From positions 576,001 to 640,000 of the forward strand of contig OY781092.1 in the NCBI GenBank assembly GCA_963676615.1: DNA of 64,000 bases, in the 5' to 3' direction. The position numbers and the translations under genes are program-made. The DNA comes from Candidatus Cloacimonadota bacterium. Its GTDB lineage: Bacteria > Cloacimonadota > Cloacimonadia > G963667145. Under the pieces are notes generated by a model. It was not told where the DNA came from. It saw nothing but the letters and a program-made list of their open reading frames with translations, and did not search any database. Below, in pieces: positions 40,561-50,562 of this stretch. Numbering within the stretch: position 1 is the first letter of the stretch; every line of letters begins with the position of its first letter.

Positions 40561-42426
40561 ATGCTGCTGTCTGCTAGCAATCTGAAGGTTGGCTATCCGG
40601 GGAACGAGCTTTTTTCGGGTATCACTTTTATGGTGCAGTCGTCCGACAAAATAGGCGTGATTGGCGACAATGGCTGCGGAAAATCTTCTTTTTTTTCGGC
40701 GCTTTTGGAAGAGGGCGCATTTTTGGGTGGCGACATCAGCAAAAAAAAAGGGTTGAGGATTGCTCATCTGGAGCAAAGTTTATCGGCGAGTTTGCAAAAA
40801 ACGGTTTGGGATTTTGCTTGTGAAGCCAGAGCGGATATTTTTGTGCTTGAGCGAGAAATTGAGCAACTATCTCGGGAGCAAGAGGCGGACAAAAGCCAGG
40901 AGCTAATGCATCGTTTGGCGGACATGCAGGAGAGGTTTGCTCTGGCGGGCGGATATAGCGTTCAGGCGGAAATCAAGTCGGTTTTGACTCACCTAAACTT
41001 CTTTGAAGAAAGTTGGAATCTGCCGCTAAACACCCTTAGTGGCGGGCAAGTTGCTCGACTGCAACTTGCGAAAGTTCTTTTGTCAAAATTCGATTTGCTT
41101 TTGCTTGACGAACCAACAAATCACCTAGATTTTTTGATGATTTCTTGGCTGGAAAAGTATCTGCTAAATCTCAAAAAGCCTTACTTGGTTATTTCTCACA
41201 ATCGGAGTTTTTTGGATAAGGTGACCAGCAAGCTTTTTCATCTGAACCAGAAAAATTTGACGGTCTATCACGGCGATTTTGCTCATTTTCAAAAAGAGTT
41301 TGTTTTGCTGCGTCAAAAGCAGGAAAAAGATTATTTGCAGCAAAAAAAACAGATTGAGAAGACCAAAGATTTTGTTGCTCGGAATATGGCAGGGCAAAAG
41401 ACGAAGCAGGCGGCGTCGCGTTTGCGGGCGTTGGAAAAGATGGATATTTTGTCCGCTCCTGCTAGCCAAAAAGAGTTTAGCATAAAGTTTAATAAGTCTG
41501 GGCGGACGGGGCAGAAAGTTCTGGAATGCAAAAAGTTAGCTGTTGGTTACGGAGAAAAAACTCTAGCTGAAAAAATCGATTTGCTTCTCTCGTATGGAGA
41601 TAGAGTGGCGATTGTCGGCAAAAACGGTTGCGGCAAGTCCACATTTTTATCGACTATTTGTGGGATGTTTTCGCCTTTGTCGGGCGAGATTAAGCACGGC
41701 AGCAAGCTCAAAATCGGCTATTTCGACCAAAACCATTTTCAGTTAGACGGTCAACAAAGCGTGTTGCAGGCGATTTGGGATTTTTTGCCGGGAGAGCCGA
41801 TAGGCAAGCCGCTTTCGTATTTGGCGGTGTATGGATTTTCGGGCGAGACGGTGGAGCGAAAAGTGGCGACGCTCAGCGGTGGCGAGAAATCAAGGCTTTA
41901 TCTGGCTCGCTTGATTTTGCAAAATCCGAATTTGCTTATTCTGGATGAACCGACGAACCATTTGGATCTGAAGACGATTTTGGCGCTGGAAAAGGCTTTG
42001 GCTAGCTATCAAGGGAGTTTGCTTTTTGTGTCGCACGATAAATATTTTGTGGAAAAGCTGGCTTCTAAGTTTTGGATTTTTGAAAAAAACAGCATCAAGG
42101 AGAGGTTAGACTGCGATTACAGTGAGTTTGAGTATCGGAAAAATAAGCCAAAAAAAACGCAGGCGGAGCAAAAAAAAACGAGCAGGCGAGTGAATCCGCA
42201 CAAGTTGGAGCTGATGGAGAAAGAGATTGCCGAGCTGGAGGCGAAATTGAAAGCTTTGGAAGAAAATTTGCAGGCAAATTATCAGCTTTTGGCGGACAAA
42301 AATATTTATCAAAATTCGCAAAAATTGTCAGAGGTAAACGAGGCTATCTTCTTGCAAGAAAAGAAGATAGGCGAGCTAAAAGAAGATTTGGAGAAAAAAG
42401 AGACCGACTATTTGGAGTTGTGCTGA
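40561..42426 (+). CDS. ABC-F family ATPase
   Basis: Two ABC cassettes (GDNGCGKS and GKNGCGKS, LSGG, LDEPTNHLD), no TM segments, C-terminal coiled coil. Confidence 0.93.
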   Translation: MLLSASNLKVGYPGNELFSGITFMVQSSDKIGVIGDNGCGKSSFFSALLEEGAFLGGDISKKKGLRIAHLEQSLSASLQKTVWDFACEARADIFVLEREIEQLSREQEADKSQELMHRLADMQERFALAGGYSVQAEIKSVLTHLNFFEESWNLPLNTLSGGQVARLQLAKVLLSKFDLLLLDEPTNHLDFLMISWLEKYLLNLKKPYLVISHNRSFLDKVTSKLFHLNQKNLTVYHGDFAHFQKEFVLLRQKQEKDYLQQKKQIEKTKDFVARNMAGQKTKQAASRLRALEKMDILSAPASQKEFSIKFNKSGRTGQKVLECKKLAVGYGEKTLAEKIDLLLSYGDRVAIVGKNGCGKSTFLSTICGMFSPLSGEIKHGSKLKIGYFDQNHFQLDGQQSVLQAIWDFLPGEPIGKPLSYLAVYGFSGETVERKVATLSGGEKSRLYLARLILQNPNLLILDEPTNHLDLKTILALEKALASYQGSLLFVSHDKYFVEKLASKFWIFEKNSIKERLDCDYSEFEYRKNKPKKTQAEQKKTSRRVNPHKLELMEKEIAELEAKLKALEENLQANYQLLADKNIYQNSQKLSEVNEAIFLQEKKIGELKEDLEKKETDYLELC

Positions 42427-43271
42427 TTTTTTTGGTGCAATTTTATAAATTTGTAGGTGGCGTCGATGACTTTGTTCAGCGTTTCGGGGCTGCAATTTTG
42501 GACGATGTCTTGGGTGGTGTGGTGATGTGGGAAAGGCCAGCCGATGACGGCGATTGTCGGAATCCCTTGCAAAATAAAGGGTAGATGGTCGTCGCAAATA
42601 TACTTGCCGTCGGTTGAGCTAAAGTTTGCCGCTTGCCAAAAGCTTTGGTTTAGCTCGGGGAATGCGGCTTGAGCAAATTTTTCTTGGCAAAATATTTGCT
42701 TTTTTCCAGCGACCATATCTAGCAAAATCACGAGTTTGTAGCGCTTGCTATCGATTTTTTGGGCGTAATTTTTTGAGCCAAGTATCCAGTTTTCGCTGGA
42801 ACTATTTTTGCCTTGATCTTCCAAATCAAAAAAAGCAAAATCGATGCCAAAATTTTTTGACTCTTCGGAAAACTTTTTGGCTAAAGTGAGTAAAGCCGCA
42901 ACGCCGCTAGCGCCGTCGTTCGCTCCCAGCACAGGCAGATGCGGAAATTTCGGGTCGTTATCGGCTTTAAACCTTGTGTCGTAGTGCGTGCAGAGCAGAA
43001 TTCTTGGGCTGATTTTGGGGTTTAGTTTGGCGATAATGTTCACGCCTTTTTGAGGTTTATTGCGCAAAAAAGCAACGAACGAGTCTTGTTTGACGCTGCA
43101 ATTTTTTAGGTTTGCCAGCTCATCGACGATATAGCTTCTGGCTTGTTCAATACCAGCGGAGTTTGGCTGTCGTGTGCCGAAATTGGTAAGTCGCACAAGG
43201 ATGTCGAAAGCCGAGCCAAAAAGGCAAACTGCCGCCCAGCAAAATAGCAGAACTAAGATATTTTTTTGCAA
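42408..43271 (-). CDS. Secreted M28 family enzyme (glutaminyl-cyclase-like)
   Basis: HYDTR..AD.D, GANDGASG, FFD.ED.G, LLDM, DDHLPF, HHTTQD; probable TTG start at 43271 before a signal peptide. Confidence 0.85.
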   Translation of the reverse strand: MQKNILVLLFCWAAVCLFGSAFDILVRLTNFGTRQPNSAGIEQARSYIVDELANLKNCSVKQDSFVAFLRNKPQKGVNIIAKLNPKISPRILLCTHYDTRFKADNDPKFPHLPVLGANDGASGVAALLTLAKKFSEESKNFGIDFAFFDLEDQGKNSSSENWILGSKNYAQKIDSKRYKLVILLDMVAGKKQIFCQEKFAQAAFPELNQSFWQAANFSSTDGKYICDDHLPFILQGIPTIAVIGWPFPHHHTTQDIVQNCSPETLNKVIDATYKFIKLHQKNQHNSK

Positions 43272-43352
43272 ATTTTTCTCTTTTTTTTTATTTAATGGGG
43301 CAAATCTATTGACACCAGAATAAAGCAAATAATCTGCTGTAAAGAGAAAATT

Positions 43353-46300
43353 ATGGAAAAATTGTTAGAAAAAATTGCGAAATCGTCGCTGATAAAAGAT
43401 TTTTTGGCGTTGCCAAAAGATGTTGTTTTTGGAACAAATTGCTCGCTAGATATGGCTTTGCGGCTTTATTTTTTGGCAAAAACTCGCCAGAAAAAAATTG
43501 TGTTGGTTTGTTCCGATTTGCAAAAAGCTCAAAAAATTGTTTTCGATATAAATTTGATTCAAGAAAATTTTGCGCACTATTTGCCCGATTTCGATCTTTT
43601 GCCCTACGAGGGGCGTTCTTCGTCTTTGGGCGTTTTGGAGCAGCGGATTGTGGTGCTTCAGCGTTTGCATTCTTCCGATTCTGGCGTCTTTTGTATGTCC
43701 GCAGCTGCGGCTTTGCGGCGGTTGCCGATTGTGAAAAAATTTCCGTCTTTTACGATAAAAACAGGGCAGATTTTACCGCCAGAGCAACTGAGCGATAAAC
43801 TCATATCTTGTGGCTACGAAAGGCATTATCAGGCTTATAACAGCGGCGAGTTTGCTCAGCGGGGCGAAATTTTTGACATTTGCATTCCTGGTGGTTCGTG
43901 TGGCGTTCGGCTGGAATACGATTACGATGCAATTGGGCGCATTCGTTTTTTTGACCTGCAGACGCAGCTCACCAACCAGCAGGTTGCGTCGGTGAAAGTT
44001 TTGCCAGCGCGAGAATTTTCTTTGTTTGAGGCTACTCCCAAAAACGATGAAATTGCGAAGAAAATCAAAGAGTTTGGCTATTATCAAGGCGTGGAAAACG
44101 ATTTGTCGGCGATTTTTTCGACGAGATCTATTGCCGAAAGTGACGAATTGCTTTTGTTTTTGGACGATTTGGATTTGTCAAAAAGTGCCGAAGAGCTGGC
44201 TGACGAGGCGCTGCAGTCGAGCTTGGAGGCTGAAAAAATTTGGGTTGAGCCAAGCGAGATTTTTGCTTCTGTTGAAAGATTGAAAAAGACTGAAAAACCG
44301 GCGTTTGTGTTTAGCGGTGTTCAGGTTGCGGATAAAAGATTTTTGCCGTCGTCGTTGCAAGCGGGAGTGAATTTGCAGGGGAATTTGAAGTTGCTGGAGT
44401 TCGAGCTGAAGCGGGCGACTGACGCTGGGCACACCTTGACAATTCAGGCGGATAACAAGGCGCAGATCAAAAGGCTGAAAAATATTTTAAGCAAACGATA
44501 TCAGATTTCCTACGAGTTGGGCGTTTTTTCGTCTGGTTTTTGCCTTGAAGATGTTCGACTCACGGTTTTTACAGATCATCAGATTTTTAATCGTTATGTT
44601 GGGAATCGTTCGCTGGCTAAGGGCAAAAAAGTTGTGGAGAAGCCGCAGTTTTTGGAGCAAGGCGAGTATTTGGTGCATTCGGATTATGGTGTGGGAATTT
44701 ATGGGGGACTTAAGACCACGCTGGTGGACGGAAAGACGGTGGAGTGTTTGGTGCTGTATTATCAGGGCGGAGATGCGATTTTTTTGCCGTCGTATTCGCT
44801 GGATAAGGTTTCGAAGTTTGTAGCTGCCGAGGGTGTCGAGGTTAAGCAGGATAAAATCGGGTCGAAAAAATGGCGGAACACGAAAGCGAAGGTTAAGAAA
44901 AAAATCGAGGTCATTGCCAAAGATTTGGTCGATTTTTACGCTAAAAGGTCGAAAGTTGCGGGAATCTCTTTTTTGGCGGACGATCAGATGCAGGAGAGTA
45001 TGGAGGCGGAGTTTTTGTATGAGCCCACGCGAGACCAGCTGGCGGCGATTGAGCAGATAAAAAAAGATATGCAGGCGCCTTCTCCGATGGAGCGGCTTTT
45101 GTGCGGCGATGTTGGCTATGGCAAGACGGAAGTGGCGATACGGGCGGCTTTTAAGGCGGTTTGCTCGTCATATCAGGTGGCTGTTTTGTCGCCGACGACT
45201 TTGCTGTGCGAGCAACTTTTTACAGTATTTTCGCAGCGGCTGGCGATGTATCCAGTCAAGATTAAGATGCTGAGTCGTTTTGTGAAAAAGTCGGAGCAAG
45301 CGGCGACGATTAAAGAGCTGCAAGAGGGAAGAGTGGATATTGTCATCGGCACGCATCGTTTGCTCTCCAAAGATATTGCTTTTGCAAAGTTGGGGCTGCT
45401 TGTGATTGACGAGGAACACCGTTTTGGGGTGCGAGCCAAAGAGAAATTGCGGAAGCTCAAACACAATATCGACACGCTTTATATGTCGGCGACGCCGATT
45501 CCAAGGACTTTGAATATGGCGCTGAGTGGCGTGAAAGATATTAGTCTTATTTTGTCGGGACCAAAGCAAAGAGTGCCGATAAATTCGGTGGTTAGCTACT
45601 ATCAAAAAAGTTTGCTACGCAACGCAATTCAAAAAGAAGTTTCCAGAGGCGGTCAAGTTTTTTTCGTTCATAATCGAGTGGAGAGCATCCAAAAAGAGCT
45701 GGAAAAATTGCAAAAACTTTTGCCGTCGGTGAGTATGAAAGTCGCGCACGGGCAGATGAAAGAGACGGAGCTGGAGAAAATAATTTTGGATTTTTATCAC
45801 AATAAATTTTCGGTTTTGGTCTGCACGAGTATCATCGAAAACGGCATCGACATTGCCAACGCGAACACGATTATCGTCAATCGCGCCGATCTTTTTGGGC
45901 TTTCGAGCCTCTATCAGCTCAAAGGCAGAGTGGGTAGGAGCAGCCAGCGGGGCTATTGTTACTACCTTTTGCCAAAAGGTGCCAGTTTGGAGCAGCGAAA
46001 TCGATTGCAATCGCTCTCGGCTCCTGGAAGCAGCGGCTATAAAGTGGCGATGCTTGATATGCAGGTGCGTGGAGTCGGCTCGATGGTCGGCACAGGGCAG
46101 TCGGGCAACATCGCTCAAATCGGCTTCAATTACTACAACAATTTGCTCAGCGACGCCATCGCCAGTATAAGTGAGGGGAAAAAGTATAAGCCGCAAGATG
46201 TTGATTTGGAAGTAGATGGCGAGTTTTACATCCCCGCAGATTATATCGAAGACGCCGAAATTCGCTTGGAAATTTACTCTCGGATGTTGAAATTTACGAC

Positions 46301-46625
46301 CAAAAATCAGTTTGATCAGCTAGTTTTGGAGCTGGAAAATCGGTTTGGCGAATTGCCGAGTGCGGCGCTTTCGGTCGTTACTTACTACACAATTACGATG
46401 TTTGCTAAAACCTTGGGAATTAAGAAGATAAAGCACCGAAAGAAGAGAGCGGTTTTTGTTTTTGATAAAGTGCCTGCGCAAAAAACGCTGGAAGGTTTGA
46501 TGAAGTCCAGTTATCAGGTGGAGTTCGATTTGGTGCAAGGTTTTGAGCTAAAGGTTGTCGTCGGTTTGGAGCAAAATTTGGCGAAAGTTGTCGAAATTCT
46601 TACACTTTTGGCAGCGTCAAATTAG
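43353..46625 (+). CDS. mfd: Transcription-repair coupling factor
   Basis: LVHSDYGVG.Y.GL, GDVGYGKTEVA.RAAF, DEEHRFG, SATPIPRTL, QLKGRVGR, C-terminal TRCF domain. Confidence 0.96.
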   Translation: MEKLLEKIAKSSLIKDFLALPKDVVFGTNCSLDMALRLYFLAKTRQKKIVLVCSDLQKAQKIVFDINLIQENFAHYLPDFDLLPYEGRSSSLGVLEQRIVVLQRLHSSDSGVFCMSAAAALRRLPIVKKFPSFTIKTGQILPPEQLSDKLISCGYERHYQAYNSGEFAQRGEIFDICIPGGSCGVRLEYDYDAIGRIRFFDLQTQLTNQQVASVKVLPAREFSLFEATPKNDEIAKKIKEFGYYQGVENDLSAIFSTRSIAESDELLLFLDDLDLSKSAEELADEALQSSLEAEKIWVEPSEIFASVERLKKTEKPAFVFSGVQVADKRFLPSSLQAGVNLQGNLKLLEFELKRATDAGHTLTIQADNKAQIKRLKNILSKRYQISYELGVFSSGFCLEDVRLTVFTDHQIFNRYVGNRSLAKGKKVVEKPQFLEQGEYLVHSDYGVGIYGGLKTTLVDGKTVECLVLYYQGGDAIFLPSYSLDKVSKFVAAEGVEVKQDKIGSKKWRNTKAKVKKKIEVIAKDLVDFYAKRSKVAGISFLADDQMQESMEAEFLYEPTRDQLAAIEQIKKDMQAPSPMERLLCGDVGYGKTEVAIRAAFKAVCSSYQVAVLSPTTLLCEQLFTVFSQRLAMYPVKIKMLSRFVKKSEQAATIKELQEGRVDIVIGTHRLLSKDIAFAKLGLLVIDEEHRFGVRAKEKLRKLKHNIDTLYMSATPIPRTLNMALSGVKDISLILSGPKQRVPINSVVSYYQKSLLRNAIQKEVSRGGQVFFVHNRVESIQKELEKLQKLLPSVSMKVAHGQMKETELEKIILDFYHNKFSVLVCTSIIENGIDIANANTIIVNRADLFGLSSLYQLKGRVGRSSQRGYCYYLLPKGASLEQRNRLQSLSAPGSSGYKVAMLDMQVRGVGSMVGTGQSGNIAQIGFNYYNNLLSDAIASISEGKKYKPQDVDLEVDGEFYIPADYIEDAEIRLEIYSRMLKFTTKNQFDQLVLELENRFGELPSAALSVVTYYTITMFAKTLGIKKIKHRKKRAVFVFDKVPAQKTLEGLMKSSYQVEFDLVQGFELKVVVGLEQNLAKVVEILTLLAASN

Positions 46626-47702
46626 TTGTGCTCCGTTTTTTGTAATGACGATGTCGTCCTCGATTCTTATTCCGAACTTTTTTTTCCAAAAATAAAGTCC
46701 CGGCTCAACGGTGATGACCATATTTTCGGAAAGCGGCAGATTTGGCAGGCTCAAATCGTGAGTTTCTAGACCCAGATGATGCGAAACGCTGTGCATAAAA
46801 TATTTTGTTAGCTCCGATTTTTGCGTGATGACGCCCATCTGCACAAGACTTTCGCCCAAAATTTCGCAACAGATTTCGTTCAAATCTTTGAGCAGCATTT
46901 TTGGCTTGGCGTGTTCGATGACCGTTTTTTGAGCCTTCTGCACCCAGAACAAAGCTTTTTCTTGCAAAGATGTCGGCTGCAAGAAGTAGGAGCGAGAAAT
47001 ATCGGCGCAATAGTCTTGAAATTTTGCGCCCAAATCGAAAAGCACATTGTTTTGCAACCGCCCGCTGTAGCCTTGTTTATGCAAAACACACGAGCCCGCA
47101 TCGCAGGCGATTATTGGCGTAAACGCTTGTTCAAGGACGCCGTTTTTGGCAAGGAAATAGTCGAACTCCGCTTTCAAATCTAGCTCTTTTGTGCCCGAGA
47201 CCAAAAATTTTTCAAGATGAGCTATCGCCTTTTTGGTGATATTGTTGGCTGTTTTTATCTTTTCTAGCTCGTCTTCATCTTTCACCATCCGCAGCGGGGC
47301 GATGAGTGGAGTTGCGCTTTCCAGTTTTTCTGGCGGAAATTTTTTGGCAAGCAAGTCAACTTTTAGGAAGAAAACATTTTTTGGCTGTTGAAGCTCAACA
47401 TATTTTGTGTCGGAAAAAAGTTTTCTGAACTTAATCTTTTGCAAAAAATCAAAAATATTTTCACTTTCTTGAGGCGTCCCTTTTTCATACGAGACGGTCG
47501 TTTGTCCAGTCCAAACTTTTTCGGTTTCGCTTTTATTTTTGCGAAAATAAAAAACATCTTGGTTGGAGATGAGCAAAAAATCGGCTTTTTTAAACCCAAG
47601 ATAGCGCAAATTGGCGTTATCCTGAAACAACGCCCATTGTTCGCTCTCTAGCAGATTTTGGATTTTTTTGACTCTTTTCAAACTATTCGAAAAGGTCTTC
47701 AT
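46617..47702 (-). CDS. pepP: Xaa-Pro aminopeptidase (M24B)
   Basis: R.VKD..E, DLGA...YCADISR, HSVSHHLGLETHD, TVEPGLY, GIRIEDD. Confidence 0.9.
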   Translation of the reverse strand: MKTFSNSLKRVKKIQNLLESEQWALFQDNANLRYLGFKKADFLLISNQDVFYFRKNKSETEKVWTGQTTVSYEKGTPQESENIFDFLQKIKFRKLFSDTKYVELQQPKNVFFLKVDLLAKKFPPEKLESATPLIAPLRMVKDEDELEKIKTANNITKKAIAHLEKFLVSGTKELDLKAEFDYFLAKNGVLEQAFTPIIACDAGSCVLHKQGYSGRLQNNVLFDLGAKFQDYCADISRSYFLQPTSLQEKALFWVQKAQKTVIEHAKPKMLLKDLNEICCEILGESLVQMGVITQKSELTKYFMHSVSHHLGLETHDLSLPNLPLSENMVITVEPGLYFWKKKFGIRIEDDIVITKNGAQLI

Positions 47703-48327
47703 AGTTTATTTTTTGCTCGCTATCGCCTTCGGGAGCGTAGGGGCTGCTGGATTCTTGGACTTTGTTTTTGTCTTTAAAGCTGCCAAGGCTGACATCCAAA
47801 TTCACAGTGCCGCCAACAGCAATGTCTTCGCCCGCGGCAGGCACAGATGAGATGACCACATCTTTGCGGATCTCTTGATTGTAATACCGCGAAATTTTGC
47901 CGATTTTTAGTCCCAAAGTCTCCAGTTGGCTTTTGACCAACTCCAAATCCGTGCCTATCAGCAGCGGCATTTTGATCATCTTTACGCCTTTGCTCAGCAC
48001 CACATTTATCGTGCGAAATCTTTTCACAATCGAACTGTCCACTGGCTCTTGCTCGATGACATACCCCACGGGAAATTCGCTGCTATATTCTCTGGAAACA
48101 TCCTGGATATAAAGTTTGTTCTCCTTGCAAATATCCGCCGCTTTGGGAAAATTCTCGCCGACCAAATTCGGCACCATCACCTCATTGCCGTGGTCAACCA
48201 CGAGTTTCATCACGATATTTGTCGAAAACATTCCCAAAAAAAACAAAACGACCAAAATTCCCGCAAGCAAAATCCCCGCAACAATTTTTTTTAACCGCTT
48301 TTTTCTCTTCAGCTTTTTCTCTTCCAT
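47683..48327 (-). CDS. Membrane-anchored protein with two PASTA domains
   Basis: One TM, VPNLVG...GYVIEQEP...SKG, MPLLIG...VISSVP..G...VSLG. Confidence 0.88.
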   Translation of the reverse strand: MEEKKLKRKKRLKKIVAGILLAGILVVLFFLGMFSTNIVMKLVVDHGNEVMVPNLVGENFPKAADICKENKLYIQDVSREYSSEFPVGYVIEQEPVDSSIVKRFRTINVVLSKGVKMIKMPLLIGTDLELVKSQLETLGLKIGKISRYYNQEIRKDVVISSVPAAGEDIAVGGTVNLDVSLGSFKDKNKVQESSSPYAPEGDSEQKINYEDLFE

Positions 48328-48351
48328 AATAAATCTTCCTTGAATTAAATT

Positions 48352-50562
48352 TCAAAATCTTCTGACTTTTCGCTCCACACTGCGGACAGAGCCTAGTTTT
48401 TTAATCTCCTCAATTGCGCTGTTGAGCGACTTTAGAGAGTTTGTGACCAAAAACAAAACAATCTCCAAATTGTGATCTTTGCGAAGTTTGTTGCCCGTTT
48501 TTTCCACCGTCAAATCGTATTTGGCGAAAATGGAGAGAATGTCGATTAAAATGTTGTTTTTATTTTTGCAAACGATTTTTAGTCGGTTCAAATTTCCTTT
48601 TGACGACGATTTTCCGCCAGAATAGTCCCATTCCACCGAGATAAACCGCTCGGGCATCTCCTCTTTTTTTTGCAAAAAATTCGGCTCTTGGCAATCTTGG
48701 CGATGGACGATGATGCCTCTGCCTTTGGTCACAAATCCCACAATTTCGTCTCCCGGCAGGGGCGAGCAGCACCGAGCGTATTTAATCATCAGATTTTTTT
48801 GCCCATCGACGATTACGCCCGAAATTTTCTCGGCGAGGCTTTCCTTCTTTTTTTCGACAGGCCTTTTTTTGCTCTCTGCGGAGTTGCTGTTCAGCTTGTC
48901 GATAATCTGCGGAAAAATGATGTTTCCTTGCCCCAGTTGAGCGTAAAAATCTTGCATATTGCCGATGTGAAACTTTTTGGCAAGCTCAAGCGTCTCTTGA
49001 TCGGAGCTGAATTTGATGTGGAACTTTCTGCATTTTTTGGCAAAAATCTCTTTGCCCAGCTCGATTGCGTCCTCCAGCTGTCTTTTTTTCAGGTAAGAAC
49101 GGATTTTCGAGCGAGCTTTGGACGACTTTACATACTTCAGCCAGCTTTTGTTAATATTGACTTTGCTAGATGTCGTAACCTCAACTTTATCGCCAGTTTT
49201 CAGCTTTGTCCGCAAAGGCTTAATCACGCCGTTGACCTTGCCGCTGAGGCAACAGGAGCCGACTTGTGAATGGATAGAAAAAGCGAAATCGAGGATAGAA
49301 GCGCCTTTGGGCAGCTCAAGCAGATCGCCCTTTGGCGTCGTCACGATGATGATTTCGGGATACAAATCCATCTGTAAGTTGTCCAAAAATTCGTCGCTGA
49401 CCTGCTTTTCGTTGTTTTGCAAAAACTTCCGCACAAAACCAAGTTGCGACTCGAACTCTTGATTGACGCCTTGCGACGCCTTTTTCTCCAGATTTTTGCT
49501 GGAATAGTTCGTGTGCTCCTTATATCTCCAGTGCGCCGCCACGCCCTCTTCGGCGTATTTGTCCATTTTGTGCGTGCGGATTTGCACCTCGAGCTTTTTA
49601 TTTTGCGGACCAATGACCACCGTATGTAGCGACTGATAGCCGTTCGGCTTGGGATTTGCAATGTAATCTTTGACGATATTCAGCGGCTTGTAAACCGCGT
49701 GCAAAGCGCCAAAAGCGTAATAGCACTCCTCTTGCTTATCGACTAAAATTCGCACGGCGTTGAGGTCTAAAATCTCTTCGTAAGGAACGCCTCGCACCAT
49801 ATTTTTGCGAAAAATGCTGTAAAAATGCTTGCTCCGAGACAAAACTTCGGCGTTGATTTTGTATTTTTGTAGCTGCTTTTGAATTTGCTGACAAACCACA
49901 TCTTTTAGGAATTTGTCTCGCTGCTCTTTTTTCGTCTGCACAAGTGCTGCAATTCTTTTGTAAGCGCTTGGATGCAAAGTCTTTAGGCAGCGGTCTTCCA
50001 GCTCGTTTTTTATCCAAGACAGCCCAAATCTGTTCGCCAAAGGTGCGTAAATCGAGAGCGTCGAGCGAGCAATCCGCTTCTGCTTTGCTGGCGGCAGATA
50101 CTTGATTGTTCGCATATTGTGCAGCCTGTCCGCCAGTTTTATCAGGATAACACGCACATCTTGGGTGATCGACACCAAAAGTTTGCGGAAATTTTCGGCT
50201 TGCTTATCCATTTGGGACGAACCCTTGAAATGCAAATCGGAGATTTTTGTAACGCCTTCGACAAGCCCAGCGACTCGCTCTCCAAAAATCTCGGCAACGC
50301 TTTGATAGTCGTGCTTTGTGTCCTCGATAATGTCGTGCAAAAGCCCTGCGATAATCACGCTGGTGTCCATATTCAGCCTCGCCAAAATGTAGGCGGTGCT
50401 CAGCGGATGGATGATGTAATCTTCGCCCGAGCTGCGTTTTTGCCCTTTGTGCGCCTCTGTGGCGAACTCCACGGCTTTTTTCAGTTTGTCGATGTCGGGG
50501 CGATTTTTCAGCTTTGCCAGCTCGTCCCAAAAATTTTCTTGGGTAATGTTGCAAAAATCCAT
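48352..50562 (-). CDS. rel: Bifunctional (p)ppGpp synthetase/hydrolase (long RSH)
   Basis: HD domain LLHDIIED, PKPNGYQSLHT, EVQIRT, TGS (DFAFSIHS), CCSPLPGD, C-terminal ACT. Confidence 0.95.
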   Translation of the reverse strand: MDFCNITQENFWDELAKLKNRPDIDKLKKAVEFATEAHKGQKRSSGEDYIIHPLSTAYILARLNMDTSVIIAGLLHDIIEDTKHDYQSVAEIFGERVAGLVEGVTKISDLHFKGSSQMDKQAENFRKLLVSITQDVRVILIKLADRLHNMRTIKYLPPAKQKRIARSTLSIYAPLANRFGLSWIKNELEDRCLKTLHPSAYKRIAALVQTKKEQRDKFLKDVVCQQIQKQLQKYKINAEVLSRSKHFYSIFRKNMVRGVPYEEILDLNAVRILVDKQEECYYAFGALHAVYKPLNIVKDYIANPKPNGYQSLHTVVIGPQNKKLEVQIRTHKMDKYAEEGVAAHWRYKEHTNYSSKNLEKKASQGVNQEFESQLGFVRKFLQNNEKQVSDEFLDNLQMDLYPEIIIVTTPKGDLLELPKGASILDFAFSIHSQVGSCCLSGKVNGVIKPLRTKLKTGDKVEVTTSSKVNINKSWLKYVKSSKARSKIRSYLKKRQLEDAIELGKEIFAKKCRKFHIKFSSDQETLELAKKFHIGNMQDFYAQLGQGNIIFPQIIDKLNSNSAESKKRPVEKKKESLAEKISGVIVDGQKNLMIKYARCCSPLPGDEIVGFVTKGRGIIVHRQDCQEPNFLQKKEEMPERFISVEWDYSGGKSSSKGNLNRLKIVCKNKNNILIDILSIFAKYDLTVEKTGNKLRKDHNLEIVLFLVTNSLKSLNSAIEEIKKLGSVRSVERKVRRF

